DNA of 64,000 nucleotides from Candidatus Poribacteria bacterium (lineage in GTDB: Bacteria > Poribacteria > WGA-4E > WGA-3G): NCBI GenBank assembly GCA_963663765.2, contig CAXXUA010000003.1, positions 64,001-128,000 on the forward strand. The letters run 5' to 3'. Below, piece after piece: positions 21,998 through 31,973 of the stretch (position 1 is the first letter of the stretch; each line of letters begins with the position of its first letter). Both the position numbers and the translations under genes were made by a program. The notes under the pieces are model-generated. The model was not told where the DNA came from and did not search any database. It worked only from the letters and a program-made list of their open reading frames with translations.

Positions 21998-22275
21998 CGA
22001 AATGCTGGTATTACCGACCTGAAGTCAGGCGAATTCTCAGGATTGATAGGTTTGACAAATCTCAATCTACACAACAATGAAATCAACAGTCTACCTGATG
22101 GAATCTTTGAAGGTTTGACTGCTTTGACAAGTTTACGGTTAAGGAACAACGTAGTTGAACCGATACCAATTGTCGTTCACTTGAGAAAATGACAGGTGAA
22201 CAAATAAAAGCAGTTGACCCGGTAGGTGCGCCATTTGACATATATCTCCCTTTATATATCAAATGGCAGCATCAC
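21998..22275 (+). pseudogene. Degenerate fragment paralogous to the downstream LRR protein
   Basis: Translates RNAGITDLKSGEFSGLIGLTNLNLHNNEINSLPDGIFEGL...VEPIPIVV, then frameshifted GEQIKAVDPVGAPFDI. No start codon. Confidence 0.75.
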
Positions 22276-22340
22276 CGGAGTTTATACAGCACTGACCATC
22301 AAGGCAGATCATTCTCTGCTAAATAGAAAGGAATCATATA

Positions 22341-24097
22341 TTGAATACTTATTTCGAAAATAAAAAAGGTTACTTATTCATTTTTTTATCGCTATTGATG
22401 ATACTTGGCGGACAAGCTACAAGCGTTTCGGATGTAGTAACTGCTGTTAGTGAACGGACATCACAAGTGCGTGATGTTATCGTATCCGCTGCAGGTGTAA
22501 ACGCCGCAACAGACGTAACCGACACCGATTTAGCAGAAATAAACAGTCTTGACCTTAGAATCGAAGGCATCACTCAACTGAAATCAGGCGATTTCTCAGG
22601 CTTAACAGGACTAACGAATCTGAACCTATACGGTAATCAACTCAGCAGTCTACCTGAAGGGGTTTTTGACAATCTAAGCAGCCTATCTGAACTAAATCTG
22701 AGTAAGAATGAATTTGCTTCCTTACCCTCAAATCTATTCCGTAATCTCAAAGGATTAGATGTCCTTGACCTGAATTACAATGAATTTACCACGTTACCTT
22801 TGGGTTTTTTTAATGGTCTCAGTATTGTCATCAAAATTAAGTTGAATGGAAACAACATTAGTTCTTTACCACTTGGCATAAATGACAATCTTCCCACTTT
22901 GGAGGAACTCCAATTGGCTGGGAATAGTCTAAGTTCATTACCTGTTGATATATTTGACGAACTTTCATCACTCTTAACTCTTAATCTGATTGGAAACAAA
23001 TTCACTGAATTGCCAAGTGGAATATTTGATGCCTTGTCATCTCTGGGGGACTTCATATAGAAAATAACAGTTTAACATCTTTACCATCTGGTATCTTTGA
23101 TGGACTGACTTCTATAAGATGGATATACGCTCATCATAATCAGTTGAGTTCATTGCCATCTGGTCTATTTGACAATAATTCAACTCTGGTGACGCTAAAA
23201 TTAAACGAGAATCAGTTGAGTTCATTACCGTCAGGTATTTTTGACAATTTGAGAACACTGAAATGGCTACATTTATATAAGAATCAGTTGAGTTCATTGC
23301 AATCAGGTATGTTTAGCGATCTTGTGAAACTGCAAGAGTTAAAACTATATAATAATCAGTTAAGTTCGTTGCCAGACGGTATATTTGAAAACCTCAGTTT
23401 CCTAGTAGAACTTCTGTTGGGGAACAACGCTGTTGATCCCTTGCCTATTGTAGTGTCATTAGAGAAAGTTGAGGAAGGACAATTCAAGGTAGTTGTTCAT
23501 ACAGGCGCACCATTTTATATGAATATACCAATCAGTATCAATAACGGAAGCACTAACGATGGAAAAACCAACTTAAGTGTAGAAATACATAAAGGCAAAA
23601 TCACAAGTCGCACTGTCAATGTAGTACGAACAGAGGGAACAACGGAAGCGGTCACAGTAAATATCGGTAATCTACCATCTATACCTGCAAATTATATTCA
23701 TTATGGATATGCCCTTATAACATCTGCTGATCTACCGTTAGAAATCATACCTGCAATATCGGGTGCACCTACCAAAGTTACTAATGTAGCCTTGACTATT
23801 CCTAATAATAACGCACTTTTATCCAACTATCCAAACCCGTTCAATCCTGAAACATGGCTACCGTATCAGTTATCAACAGCATCGGATGTTACAATAACAA
23901 TTTACAATATGAGAGGTGTTGTTGTGCGACGGTTGATGTTAGGACATCAGAAGGCAGGTTTCTACACAAGTCGTCCCCGTGCTGCACATTGGGATGGTCG
24001 GAATGCTATCGGTGAAAAGGTTGCGACAGGTGTGTATTTCTACACATTCAAAGCGGGTGATTGGACTGCTACGCGCAAGATGTTGATACGGAAGTAA
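22341..24097 (+). pseudogene. Secreted LRR protein with FlgD/T9SS-like C-terminal domain, split by a 1-nt frameshift
   Basis: ORFs 22341..23060 and 23144..24097 join if the G5 run at 23045-23049 were G6 (…SLGGLHIENNSLTSLPSG…). C-terminus LLSNYPNPFNPETW…ATRKMLIRK. Confidence 0.85.
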
Positions 24098-24314
24098 TCG
24101 TTAGAATTGTAAGCTGCACAAATTTTGTATTAACTTTACGTGTAATTCTTCATGTCTGATTTTATGTCGTCTCTACCTAACAAACACGACATTGATTAAC
24201 GATACGCTAACTTTTAAAGGCAATTTACCGCCTTCTGTATGCGTAGATCAACATATATTTCTATAGGTATATTTCAAATCTGTTTGATTAGAAAACGTTT
24301 TTTATTATTTCCTA

Positions 24315-25326
24315 ACGTGAGTTCGGATATAAAGTCCGAGTTTGTGGTATTTAGAGAACCCTTTTGATATAATGAAATCATTATCCAATACAAAAGGAGT
24401 TCTCTGATGTTTATCATATCACTTTTCTGTAATATTGACGACTTTTTTAATGTCTATAAAAAATATAAAGCATCTCAACAACTGCCAGCGGATCGCCCCT
24501 TTGAAATGCGAGGCCGTCCACGCACTCTACATCCCAGTGAGGTGATGACGATCCTTATCCTTTTTCATCAAAGCGATTATCAAACCTTAAAAGCTTATTA
24601 TGAAAAACACGCCCGGCACTACTTGCGGTGGGCATTTCCGAACTTAGTGAGTTATAACCGCTTTGTGGAACTTCAACAAGAAGTCCTTGAACCTTTGTCT
24701 ATATATCTTTACACATGCTTTGGCATCTGTGATGGTATTTCCTTCGTAGATTCTACGCCAATGCCAGTTTGCCACAATCGCGGAATCCCAACACATAAAG
24801 TCTTTGTTGAACAGGCATCCCTTAGCAAGAACACTGTCGGTTGGTTCTACGGGTTCAAACTTCATCTGTGTGTTAACACTTCTGGCGAACTTTTAGGTGT
24901 TGAGTTCACACCTGCTACAACAGATGACCGGAAAGTTGTTCCGAAGTTGGGAACCCACTTATATGGCAAACTCTATGCGGATAAAGGCTATATCTCACAA
25001 ATCCTGCGTGAATACTTGCAAACCCAAGGTATTGAGTTGGTATATAAGGTTCGCAAGAACATGAAGCCGCAACCTTTATCAGACTTTGATGAGCTCTTGC
25101 TGAAAAAACGGATCCTGATTGAATCGGTTATCAAAGAAATAAAAACGCAGACACAACTTCAACATACGCGGCATAGAAGTTTTATCAATTTCCAAGTGAA
25201 CATGGTGGCTGCTTTAATTGCTTATACCTACTTGGAGAAGAAACCCTCGTTGAACTTGCCGGAATGCAAACGGGTACCGACAGCAACGCTTTCTTTAGAA
25301 CCCTAAATCTTTTTCCGAACTCACGT
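24315..25326 (+). mobile_element. IS982-family insertion sequence
   Basis: TIRs ACGTGAGTTCGGA/TCCGAACTCACGT around the transposase. No clean target duplication. Confidence 0.88.
24407..25306 (+). CDS. IS982 family transposase
   Basis: FVDSTP, GWFYGFKLH, ADKGYIS and RILIESV motifs. Confidence 0.93.
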   Translation: MFIISLFCNIDDFFNVYKKYKASQQLPADRPFEMRGRPRTLHPSEVMTILILFHQSDYQTLKAYYEKHARHYLRWAFPNLVSYNRFVELQQEVLEPLSIYLYTCFGICDGISFVDSTPMPVCHNRGIPTHKVFVEQASLSKNTVGWFYGFKLHLCVNTSGELLGVEFTPATTDDRKVVPKLGTHLYGKLYADKGYISQILREYLQTQGIELVYKVRKNMKPQPLSDFDELLLKKRILIESVIKEIKTQTQLQHTRHRSFINFQVNMVAALIAYTYLEKKPSLNLPECKRVPTATLSLEP

Positions 25327-25336
25327 TTTCAATAGG

Positions 25337-26275
25337 TTATTTGTCCCGTTTTTCTTTATACTTCGCTATTGCTCCGCGTTCCGCCAGTTCGGATTTTGCG
25401 TAATATGCTGGCATCTCTGAACTTTTCCACCTGCCAGCAATTTGCATCTCAACAACGGAAGCACCGGCTTGTGCCAAAGCGACCGCAGAACCCACACGCA
25501 ACGAATGCCCAGCAATGAAACCATCAACACCGGCATCAGATGCACGCTTCTGTATGATTCGCCTTGCAGAGAAATCTGTCAACCTTTCCGATTGGATGTG
25601 ATCACCCCGGCGTATCCTACGAAACAAAGCACCCGATGTTATGTCCGCACGTTTTTGATACCTTTTCATAATGTCCTGTGTTTCATTTGTCACATAAAGC
25701 GCGGTTGATGCACCTTCTTGATCTGTCTTGGATGTCCGAACTATCAAGGCTTGTTTTTCAAAATCCGATACATCTACCACGACAACTTCTGAAACACGTA
25801 GCAAACAATCAGACATCAGACGGATCATTGCACTATCACGTAAGCCTGCGATCGTGTTTTCAGATTCAGCGAAAGCACAGACCCTTTCCGTTTGTTGCCA
25901 ATCAAGTCCTGTGACTTGTCCACGTCCGCGATTTTTTCCTTCGCGCCGAATGCCTGCTAATGTCCGAGTGGTGACCGGTAAATCATAATTCTTGCTTTCA
26001 TTCCGCAGTTGCCAACGCGCCGCAGCCACCACAATAGATATTGACGAAGGCGCGCGTCCTTGTCCATACAAATCTGTAATATAAGCAGCTAAAGCACCAT
26101 CAGAAATCTCTAAGTTATGATCCGAGAGGTACGTCTGAATCCCCGCCAAAGCATGCCGATATGCTTTCAATGTGTTCGGCGCGATACTTGCCCTGATTAG
26201 ATTTTCAGTCTCTTGTCTGAGTGTGATGTTGGCACTTGTGTCTTTATCTGATTGGACGATGCTTGTGTTATTCAT
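25337..26275 (-). CDS. Tyrosine recombinase/integrase (Cre-like)
   Basis: Catalytic set LLRVSE (R), SKTDQ (K), GHSLR (H-x-x-R), GRW (W) and MPAYY (Y). Confidence 0.92.
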   Translation of the reverse strand: MNNTSIVQSDKDTSANITLRQETENLIRASIAPNTLKAYRHALAGIQTYLSDHNLEISDGALAAYITDLYGQGRAPSSISIVVAAARWQLRNESKNYDLPVTTRTLAGIRREGKNRGRGQVTGLDWQQTERVCAFAESENTIAGLRDSAMIRLMSDCLLRVSEVVVVDVSDFEKQALIVRTSKTDQEGASTALYVTNETQDIMKRYQKRADITSGALFRRIRRGDHIQSERLTDFSARRIIQKRASDAGVDGFIAGHSLRVGSAVALAQAGASVVEMQIAGRWKSSEMPAYYAKSELAERGAIAKYKEKRDK

Positions 26276-26573
26276 TGAGTTTTCTACTTATGCGTTTGTA
26301 TAATTCTTCGCTTGGATTGAGTTTATATTTCCCCCATCCCGTCTTTTCTAACTCTTGATATTTTTCATATAGATATTCTCTCACATATTTGTTTATAGAG
26401 TTCTGTAATTCCAACGGATAGACATTCCCCCATAATTGTGACATTTCTTCCTCACTGATATAAGGTATCAGTTCTACCGATTGAAATTCTTTTGTGAGTT
26501 GGTAATTGTTAACAATGAACATTCTGCTGATAAGTTCCCTTACATGCTCCTCATGTTTGTCTTTATTTAACAT
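26268..26573 (-). CDS. Hypothetical protein overlapping the integrase start
   Basis: 101-aa ORF with AAGGG RBS-like element; overlaps the integrase ATG by 8 nt. Confidence 0.6.
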   Translation of the reverse strand: MLNKDKHEEHVRELISRMFIVNNYQLTKEFQSVELIPYISEEEMSQLWGNVYPLELQNSINKYVREYLYEKYQELEKTGWGKYKLNPSEELYKRISRKLNE

Positions 26574-26759
26574 TGAAATCCCTTTTCCTTTTATTTATTG
26601 AATTTAATATTTAACATCATATAACTGGACTTATCTGATGTTATTATAAACGCGAGAATAAACAATGTCAACACTATTACATCACTTATTTCATTGAAAA
26701 ATATATCGCATTATGATATAATCTAAATATGTCTAAGATTCCATACTGGAGACGATACC

Positions 26760-26939
26760 GTGAGAGAAAGACATACCCAACAAAAAACTATGTATGAAAA
26801 AATTGGGAAAGCAGCTAACGAATTTGAGGTCTCATTTGCGGAGGTTGTTTGCGAATGTATTGATCGAGAACTGGACAGACTTATTGACAGAGAAAAAAAG
26901 AGAATACAATCTCAACAGAATCTGTCTGAACATAGATAA
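26760..26939 (+). CDS. Small putative ribbon-helix-helix/CopG-like regulator
   Basis: Not in the ORF track. GTG start after GGAG; MRERHTQQKTMYEKIGKAANEFEVSFAEVVCECIDREL… has an RHH-like helix pattern. Confidence 0.45.
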   Translation: MRERHTQQKTMYEKIGKAANEFEVSFAEVVCECIDRELDRLIDREKKRIQSQQNLSEHR

Positions 26940-27014
26940 ATACTAATTCCATAAGTTCTGAAAAATCGCAGAAAAAATGAGGTGATTCTCATCAGGATAT
27001 ATAACGGCAATAAT

Positions 27015-27824
27015 TTATGATAATTGATGAATTAGAGTTGCTAAATCATGAATTGCCCTTCCATATATTGTAACTTGAGAACCTACTGCAACATGAGAAT
27101 CTATTGAACTTCTAAGTATTGACAAGGTTGGACCACCGTGGAAACGCAGTTTTGCTTCTCTATAATGTGTTTTAGAATCATTTCTGATTTCAAATTCGCT
27201 CATATTTTTATTATTATACCGAAGAACAACCTTTAGATCATCCATCTGATTCATATTTCGCGCCTTAGAGTTTTTTATCTGCAGTTTAGGGGATAGAACT
27301 CGAACAACGTCTTCAGCCGAAAAGATATGATAATGTTTTTCATCAATAGGAGTTTCTTTACCAGATTGCTCTACAGGTAAAATTGCAAGGTATTTTACCT
27401 CAAGACCATTAAAAAATGCCTTTGACAAAAACATCGGGAAAATGCCTGGCTTATGTAATTCATCTTTTAGCTGACGCATAATAGGTTGAAGACGCTTTTT
27501 CGCTACTTGTTTGTCCGCTTCATAATCCTTAAATTCTTCTGGGAACGCATCAATGCAATCAATCATCAAGTTCGCAATACTGCCTATATCATGGAATTCC
27601 GTATTATTTACAAGCCGGTCTCGTGAATACAAGAATACTTGCCAATACTTGTTCCCTTTTACTGAATAACTCCTACCGTCACTATCCAATACATCCGTTT
27701 TTTTTGTCCTACCCCCAACAACCTTTCCATCTATAAGATCAGAAAATATCTTTTCATTTTTATGACCTTGTTTTTTTTTGCCGGATGCTGCTTCTGAAGT
27801 CATAGCACGTCTTTTTTTAGCCAT
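27015..27824 (-). CDS. Putative type II restriction endonuclease
   Basis: Coupled to the MTase by TAATG overlap; G..NE…KTDV…YSVK resembles a PD-(D/E)xK site. Confidence 0.7.
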   Translation of the reverse strand: MAKKRRAMTSEAASGKKKQGHKNEKIFSDLIDGKVVGGRTKKTDVLDSDGRSYSVKGNKYWQVFLYSRDRLVNNTEFHDIGSIANLMIDCIDAFPEEFKDYEADKQVAKKRLQPIMRQLKDELHKPGIFPMFLSKAFFNGLEVKYLAILPVEQSGKETPIDEKHYHIFSAEDVVRVLSPKLQIKNSKARNMNQMDDLKVVLRYNNKNMSEFEIRNDSKTHYREAKLRFHGGPTLSILRSSIDSHVAVGSQVTIYGRAIHDLATLIHQLS

Positions 27825-28744
27825 TACCCTTCCTTTACAATTAATAATTCGTGAGATTTCTTAACATGACTCATTCCTTTTTCTATGCGATTTTTTCCGA
27901 TCCGGGTTTCCCCCTGACCTAATGTATACTGCCAGCGAACTTCAACTATCTTAAAGTCCGAATACCATTCTCGAATAGTTTCGCAATCGTTATAGGACAA
28001 GACAAAACCGCCTTTATGATCATGGAGCAAGTTACGCAGCAATTCGTGCTGAAATCCCTTGTGATGCACAGGAAAATTTCTCTGTGGATAGATCCCTTTA
28101 AACATATTTCCATCATCCAGATAATAAGGTGGATCGCAATAAAGGAATTCTCCATTATGACAGGGTATTGTCTCCTCAAAACTTCCATGATCAACTTCTA
28201 ATGTTGGACAGTGAAAATGTCTCACTTTTCCTACAGATGTAACATACCTTTTCGGTGATTCATAAATCTTTGACATCCAACCCAGAAATCCTGGACCATA
28301 CGAAAGATTATGATTAAACCAGTAATGTGCAGCCAACTCCAACGGATCAGAAATAAGAACTTCTCCAGTCCAGTGTCCTTTGAGAACACTTTTTATCTCT
28401 TTGTATTTCTCTTGAGTCGGTTGCCATTCTTCCAGCTTATCCGCGAGTTCGTTAGCAGATTTCAATTGCATCTGCCAATAGTTAACAAGAATATCAAATA
28501 TATCATAGGCTTTGACCCGCATACCGAGTTCTTTCGCACAAGCAATTTCAACAGAGCCACCCCCAATGAATGGGGAGGCAAGCTTCTCAATGTTTGATGG
28601 GATATGTTCAACAATATGCCCTACGCCTAAACTTTTTCCACCTGCATAACGGATAGGAAGTCCGTTATAACGTGTGTATTTATATTTTCCTTTGCTCCTA
28701 AGCATATGAAGGAACAACTCTTTTGATTGGAATAAATTTTGCAT
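27824..28744 (-). CDS. DNA adenine methyltransferase (Dam/D12 class)
   Basis: RYAGGKS, PFIGGGSV (motif I), YCDPPY (motif IV), FVLSYND. Confidence 0.93.
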   Translation of the reverse strand: MQNLFQSKELFLHMLRSKGKYKYTRYNGLPIRYAGGKSLGVGHIVEHIPSNIEKLASPFIGGGSVEIACAKELGMRVKAYDIFDILVNYWQMQLKSANELADKLEEWQPTQEKYKEIKSVLKGHWTGEVLISDPLELAAHYWFNHNLSYGPGFLGWMSKIYESPKRYVTSVGKVRHFHCPTLEVDHGSFEETIPCHNGEFLYCDPPYYLDDGNMFKGIYPQRNFPVHHKGFQHELLRNLLHDHKGGFVLSYNDCETIREWYSDFKIVEVRWQYTLGQGETRIGKNRIEKGMSHVKKSHELLIVKEG

Positions 28745-28991
28745 TGGGATTGTCCAGCTTCCAGCTTAATTATCCCTCCGCTAAGATGGGATGGGTGGCA
28801 GACATACCATGCAATATGCTTAGCAATGCCACCCAAAGCTGGTTTTAAAGTATAACAAAATTACAAAATAAACACAAATATTATATACAAAACATGTATA
28901 AATTACGCAAAAGTTTGAAATATATTACATGCAAATCCACCACGACTCCACGAACTTAGCAGGCTTGCTACACCTCCTGCTTATTTCTCTA

Positions 28992-29249
28992 TCATAACCG
29001 CCTCTGATTTTTATACTGGTGGAGAGCGCGCTGGATAAGATCTAAGAGTGTCCCACCCTCTCTGTCAAGAATTTCTGTAATTTCGGGATTATGCCGGAGG
29101 TCAATCAGAAAATCTGCAACGTTCATTGTGATCGCAGCACTTTTCAACGTACCATGCGATGTATGCATGCGATGCTCCCGTCCGAATTCTATTAGCTTTT
29201 TGTGTCGACCACCAATAAACGACAATTGCACTTGGGCAGGTTTCGGCAT
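28992..29249 (-). CDS. Hypothetical protein, possible small DNA-binding regulator
   Basis: 85-aa ORF with GAGG RBS, divergent from the promoter at 29362. Confidence 0.6.
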   Translation of the reverse strand: MPKPAQVQLSFIGGRHKKLIEFGREHRMHTSHGTLKSAAITMNVADFLIDLRHNPEITEILDREGGTLLDLIQRALHQYKNQRRL

Positions 29250-29361
29250 GGCTTAACCTCTGTGAATTAATTTATTAATATCATGCCATGATTCTAAAAT
29301 AATATCAAATATAGAAAGCTTTGAGACACACTTTTGATGTTAACAGAAAATGAAATATCTC

Positions 29362-29390
29362 TTGACACAAACATCCAATCGTGATAAAAT
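29362..29390 (+). promoter_or_regulatory. Sigma70-type promoter
   Basis: TTGACA-17 bp-TAAAAT with extended TG. Confidence 0.7.
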
Positions 29391-29397
29391 AGAAACC

Positions 29398-29646
29398 AAT
29401 ATTGATAGCAAGCGCGAACTCTGAACTGAACCAAATGCTACAAATTCTAGGGCGAAAGATACTCAATCTCACCGTCCTGATTACAACCGCACAAAAGAGG
29501 CGACGGTCTCGCAGTTGTGATAAATCCTGTGAGTGAATCCAAGTAGCCGGTAGCCTATCGGTTACCGGTTGCTTTTATACACTGGAAAGTTAGAGTAGGA
29601 TTCATACACAGGAAGGGAACACGCACCCCGTGTTTTTCCTTTCCTG
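29398..29646 (+). ncRNA. Candidate structured RNA/leader, copy 1
   Basis: Several stems, conserved blocks shared with 30282..30455, ends in a hairpin at 29609-29646. Family not recognised. Confidence 0.55.
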
Positions 29647-29706
29647 TTGGCAGACTACAAACACACCATAAATACAAGGTATACAACACATTTTAGGGGA
29701 GAGATC

Positions 29707-30189
29707 ATGGCAAATGGCATTTTACAAAATCTGACAAAGGACTTAGAGCTTTACGCAAGATTCATAGCAAAATTATCCGCATTGGTTGCCCATAGGTTTA
29801 TTATGAAGCCATCATCAAATACTGTGCACCCATCAGATATTGAAAAGCAATCAGATATTGTGCACCATTCAATTACTGTGCAGCCCTCAGATATTGTGCT
29901 CCCATCAGGGGACATAATAAAACATTGGACTTCAGTTATTTACACTATCGGTGATCATGTCTATCACTTCGTACACTCCGCATCAAACATACTTATACCA
30001 ATAATTCTATCTCTCTTACTAATCAGAGTGAGTTGTAAAATCTTGCTACTTAGACCAGATAGAACTCCTGGATACCTGCTCATACTAATTTATAGAATAC
30101 CTGGTATCTCACATATCAGGAACTGGCTACGAAAATTGAATATCACTTTTAAAAAAGAGGAATCCCATTTCCATAAATCACAAGAGTAG
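29707..30189 (+). CDS. Orphan putative membrane protein
   Basis: ATG after GGGGAG RBS; hydrophobic ILIPIILSLLLI segment; short SDI repeats. Confidence 0.55.
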   Translation: MANGILQNLTKDLELYARFIAKLSALVAHRFIMKPSSNTVHPSDIEKQSDIVHHSITVQPSDIVLPSGDIIKHWTSVIYTIGDHVYHFVHSASNILIPIILSLLLIRVSCKILLLRPDRTPGYLLILIYRIPGISHIRNWLRKLNITFKKEESHFHKSQE

Positions 30190-30244
30190 TGGAAAGGGCT
30201 GCTGGACATTCTCCGGCGCACTACCGAAACTTACTAAATAACAC

Positions 30245-30273
30245 TTGATGGATTCACACAATCGCGAGACAAT
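30245..30273 (+). promoter_or_regulatory. Putative promoter homologous to 29362..29390
   Basis: TTGATG-17 bp-GACAAT; spacer CAATCGCGA matches CAATCGTGA of the first promoter. Confidence 0.45.
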
Positions 30274-30281
30274 AAAACTTG

Positions 30282-30455
30282 ATATTGATAGCACAAGCGA
30301 TCCAATCTAAACACACTTGCTATCAACTCCAGGGCGAAAGATACACAATATACAAAAGAGGCGACGGTATCGCAGTTGCGATAAATCCAGTGAGTGAATC
30401 CAAAGTAGACGGGAAGCAAGCAACCACCGAGAGCTTCGCTTCCTACCCTACTAAT
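30282..30455 (+). ncRNA. Candidate structured RNA, copy 2
   Basis: TTGATAGCA/TGCTATCAA stem, GGGCGAAAGATAC block, 55-nt conserved block and a positionally equivalent 3' hairpin. Confidence 0.5.
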
Positions 30456-30579
30456 TACACCCTCCCCTAAATATTTTGAATGTTCAGAATGCCCCACAAC
30501 GCATTTCTTAACAACCCCGTGTGGTGTAACTCTCAGCTGTTTCCATGTTTTAGTGCCTCACACGAATTTTCGCACACGT

Positions 30580-31963
30580 TTGACTGACATACTCCCCAAG
30601 CTAAAGCATGGGGGTTCTTAGTTCTTATATTGGAAAAGGTTTGAGTTGTTTCCAAACGACTTTTCCTGCTTCCGTGTCTCGTGCCCTTTCCTGAACAGCG
30701 TTGGGTCTTATTTGCACTCCACAGGCGTGACTTTCGGTGTGCCCCACCGTAGTTGGTTTCAAGTTTATTGCAGCGTTGACATCTCTATCTATAGACATAT
30801 CACATTGACTGCAGTGATACATTCTTTCTGAAAGTGTAAGGTCTTTCTTTTTGTGTCCACAACCGGAACAGGTTTTACTACTTGCAAAGAACTGATCTGC
30901 TTCTTTGACAGGTATACCGCGCACTTCCGCTTTTGTCTTGAGTTTTAGCAGGAAACCGCCTAATGCTGAATCTGACAATACTTTTGCGAGGTTTCTGTTC
31001 TTCAGCATATTAGTAACCTTGAGTGTCTCAATACCGATCGCAGCGGCACGGTTGACAATCTCTGTATTTGCTTTGTGGTGTGCATCATTTCGGATACAAG
31101 CGATACAATAGTGGATACGTTCTAACTTGTGTTTCTGCTTGAACCAGTTTTTTGACTTGAAAACACGCCGGCTCAACTTGCGTTGTTCCCGCTTTAGTTT
31201 TCTCTCATAGCGTTTCAGAGGTCTTGGATTCTCATATTTCGTACCATTACTCAAGGTGGCAAGGGTGTTGATGCCTACATCTATACCGATAACAGGGTGT
31301 GTTGAATTGTCAACGACTTCGGTGTCCTCTGTTTCTACGGTGATAGATACAAACCAACGATGTGCTGTCCTTGAAATCGTCACGCTGATAATCTTCCCTA
31401 CAAAACGCAATGCTTGACGCATTTTGACCCAACCAACCTTAGGCAACCGGACCCTCTTGCCTTCAACTTTCACAGATTGTTCGTCTGTTGTCCATGTATC
31501 CCGAATCCCACGCTTTTTGAATCGAGGAAACCTCGCACGTTTGCTAACCCAATTCGTAATCGCTTGACCCAAATTCTTGATCGCATATAACGCTGCACGT
31601 TGATCTTGGGAACGTGTTCAATCATACTCTTTCTTCGTTTTATTGAAGTTAATGTTTAATGTCCGCCATGATTGGAAGGTGTCCTGATCTAAACCCGCTT
31701 TAAAATCTGATAACGCTTGATTGTAGGCAAACCTCGCATAACCACATTGCTGAGCAAACCATGTGCGTTGTTTGTTGTTCGGATTCAATGTAATCTTGTG
31801 TGTTTTGTAGGGCATACCTAACTCCTGTAGGGTGCTGACTTCCATTGACGTGGTGTGATAGGTGCGTCAACACCTATCACGGAGTCAGTCCTATAAGGAT
31901 ACCATAGAAGACATATAAATGTCAACGTTTTTTGACCCAAGCATAAATGCTTGGGATTGTCAG
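30580..31963 (-). mobile_element. TnpB-only IS200/IS605-type (IS1341-like) element
   Basis: Related subterminal hairpins CCCAAGCAT-TT-ATGCTTGGG (31936-31955) and CCCCATGCT-TT-AGCTTGGGG (30594-30613); right end …GTCAGTCAA; no tnpA. Exact ends approximate. Confidence 0.72.
30625..31815 (-). pseudogene. tnpB: TnpB RNA-guided endonuclease interrupted by one in-frame TGA
   Basis: ORFs 31618..31845 and 30625..31572 are in the same frame (KEYD*TRSQDQ). RuvC GIDVG, IGIE and DRDVNAA plus zinc finger CSGC…CSQC are intact. Confidence 0.9.
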
Positions 31964-31973
31964 TTAATTCCCT

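Noticed and set aside
29398-29700. Group I/II intron, tRNA, tmRNA or a common riboswitch
   Set aside because: I could not find P7 pairing, domain V, a cloverleaf, or TPP/SAM/cobalamin/c-di-GMP consensus by eye. An Rfam search is still needed.
29450-30408. Diversity-generating retroelement TR/VR pair or retron msr-msd
   Set aside because: Differences are not confined to adenines, neither copy lies at the end of a gene, and no reverse transcriptase is in the window.
24100-30580. attL/attR direct repeats for the integrase island
   Set aside because: No convincing direct repeat or tRNA fragment was found by eye on either side.
31618-31620. Stop-codon reassignment or selenocysteine in tnpB
   Set aside because: Other genes in the window end normally at TGA (for example 6336, 37398, 60363); a nonsense mutation is simpler.
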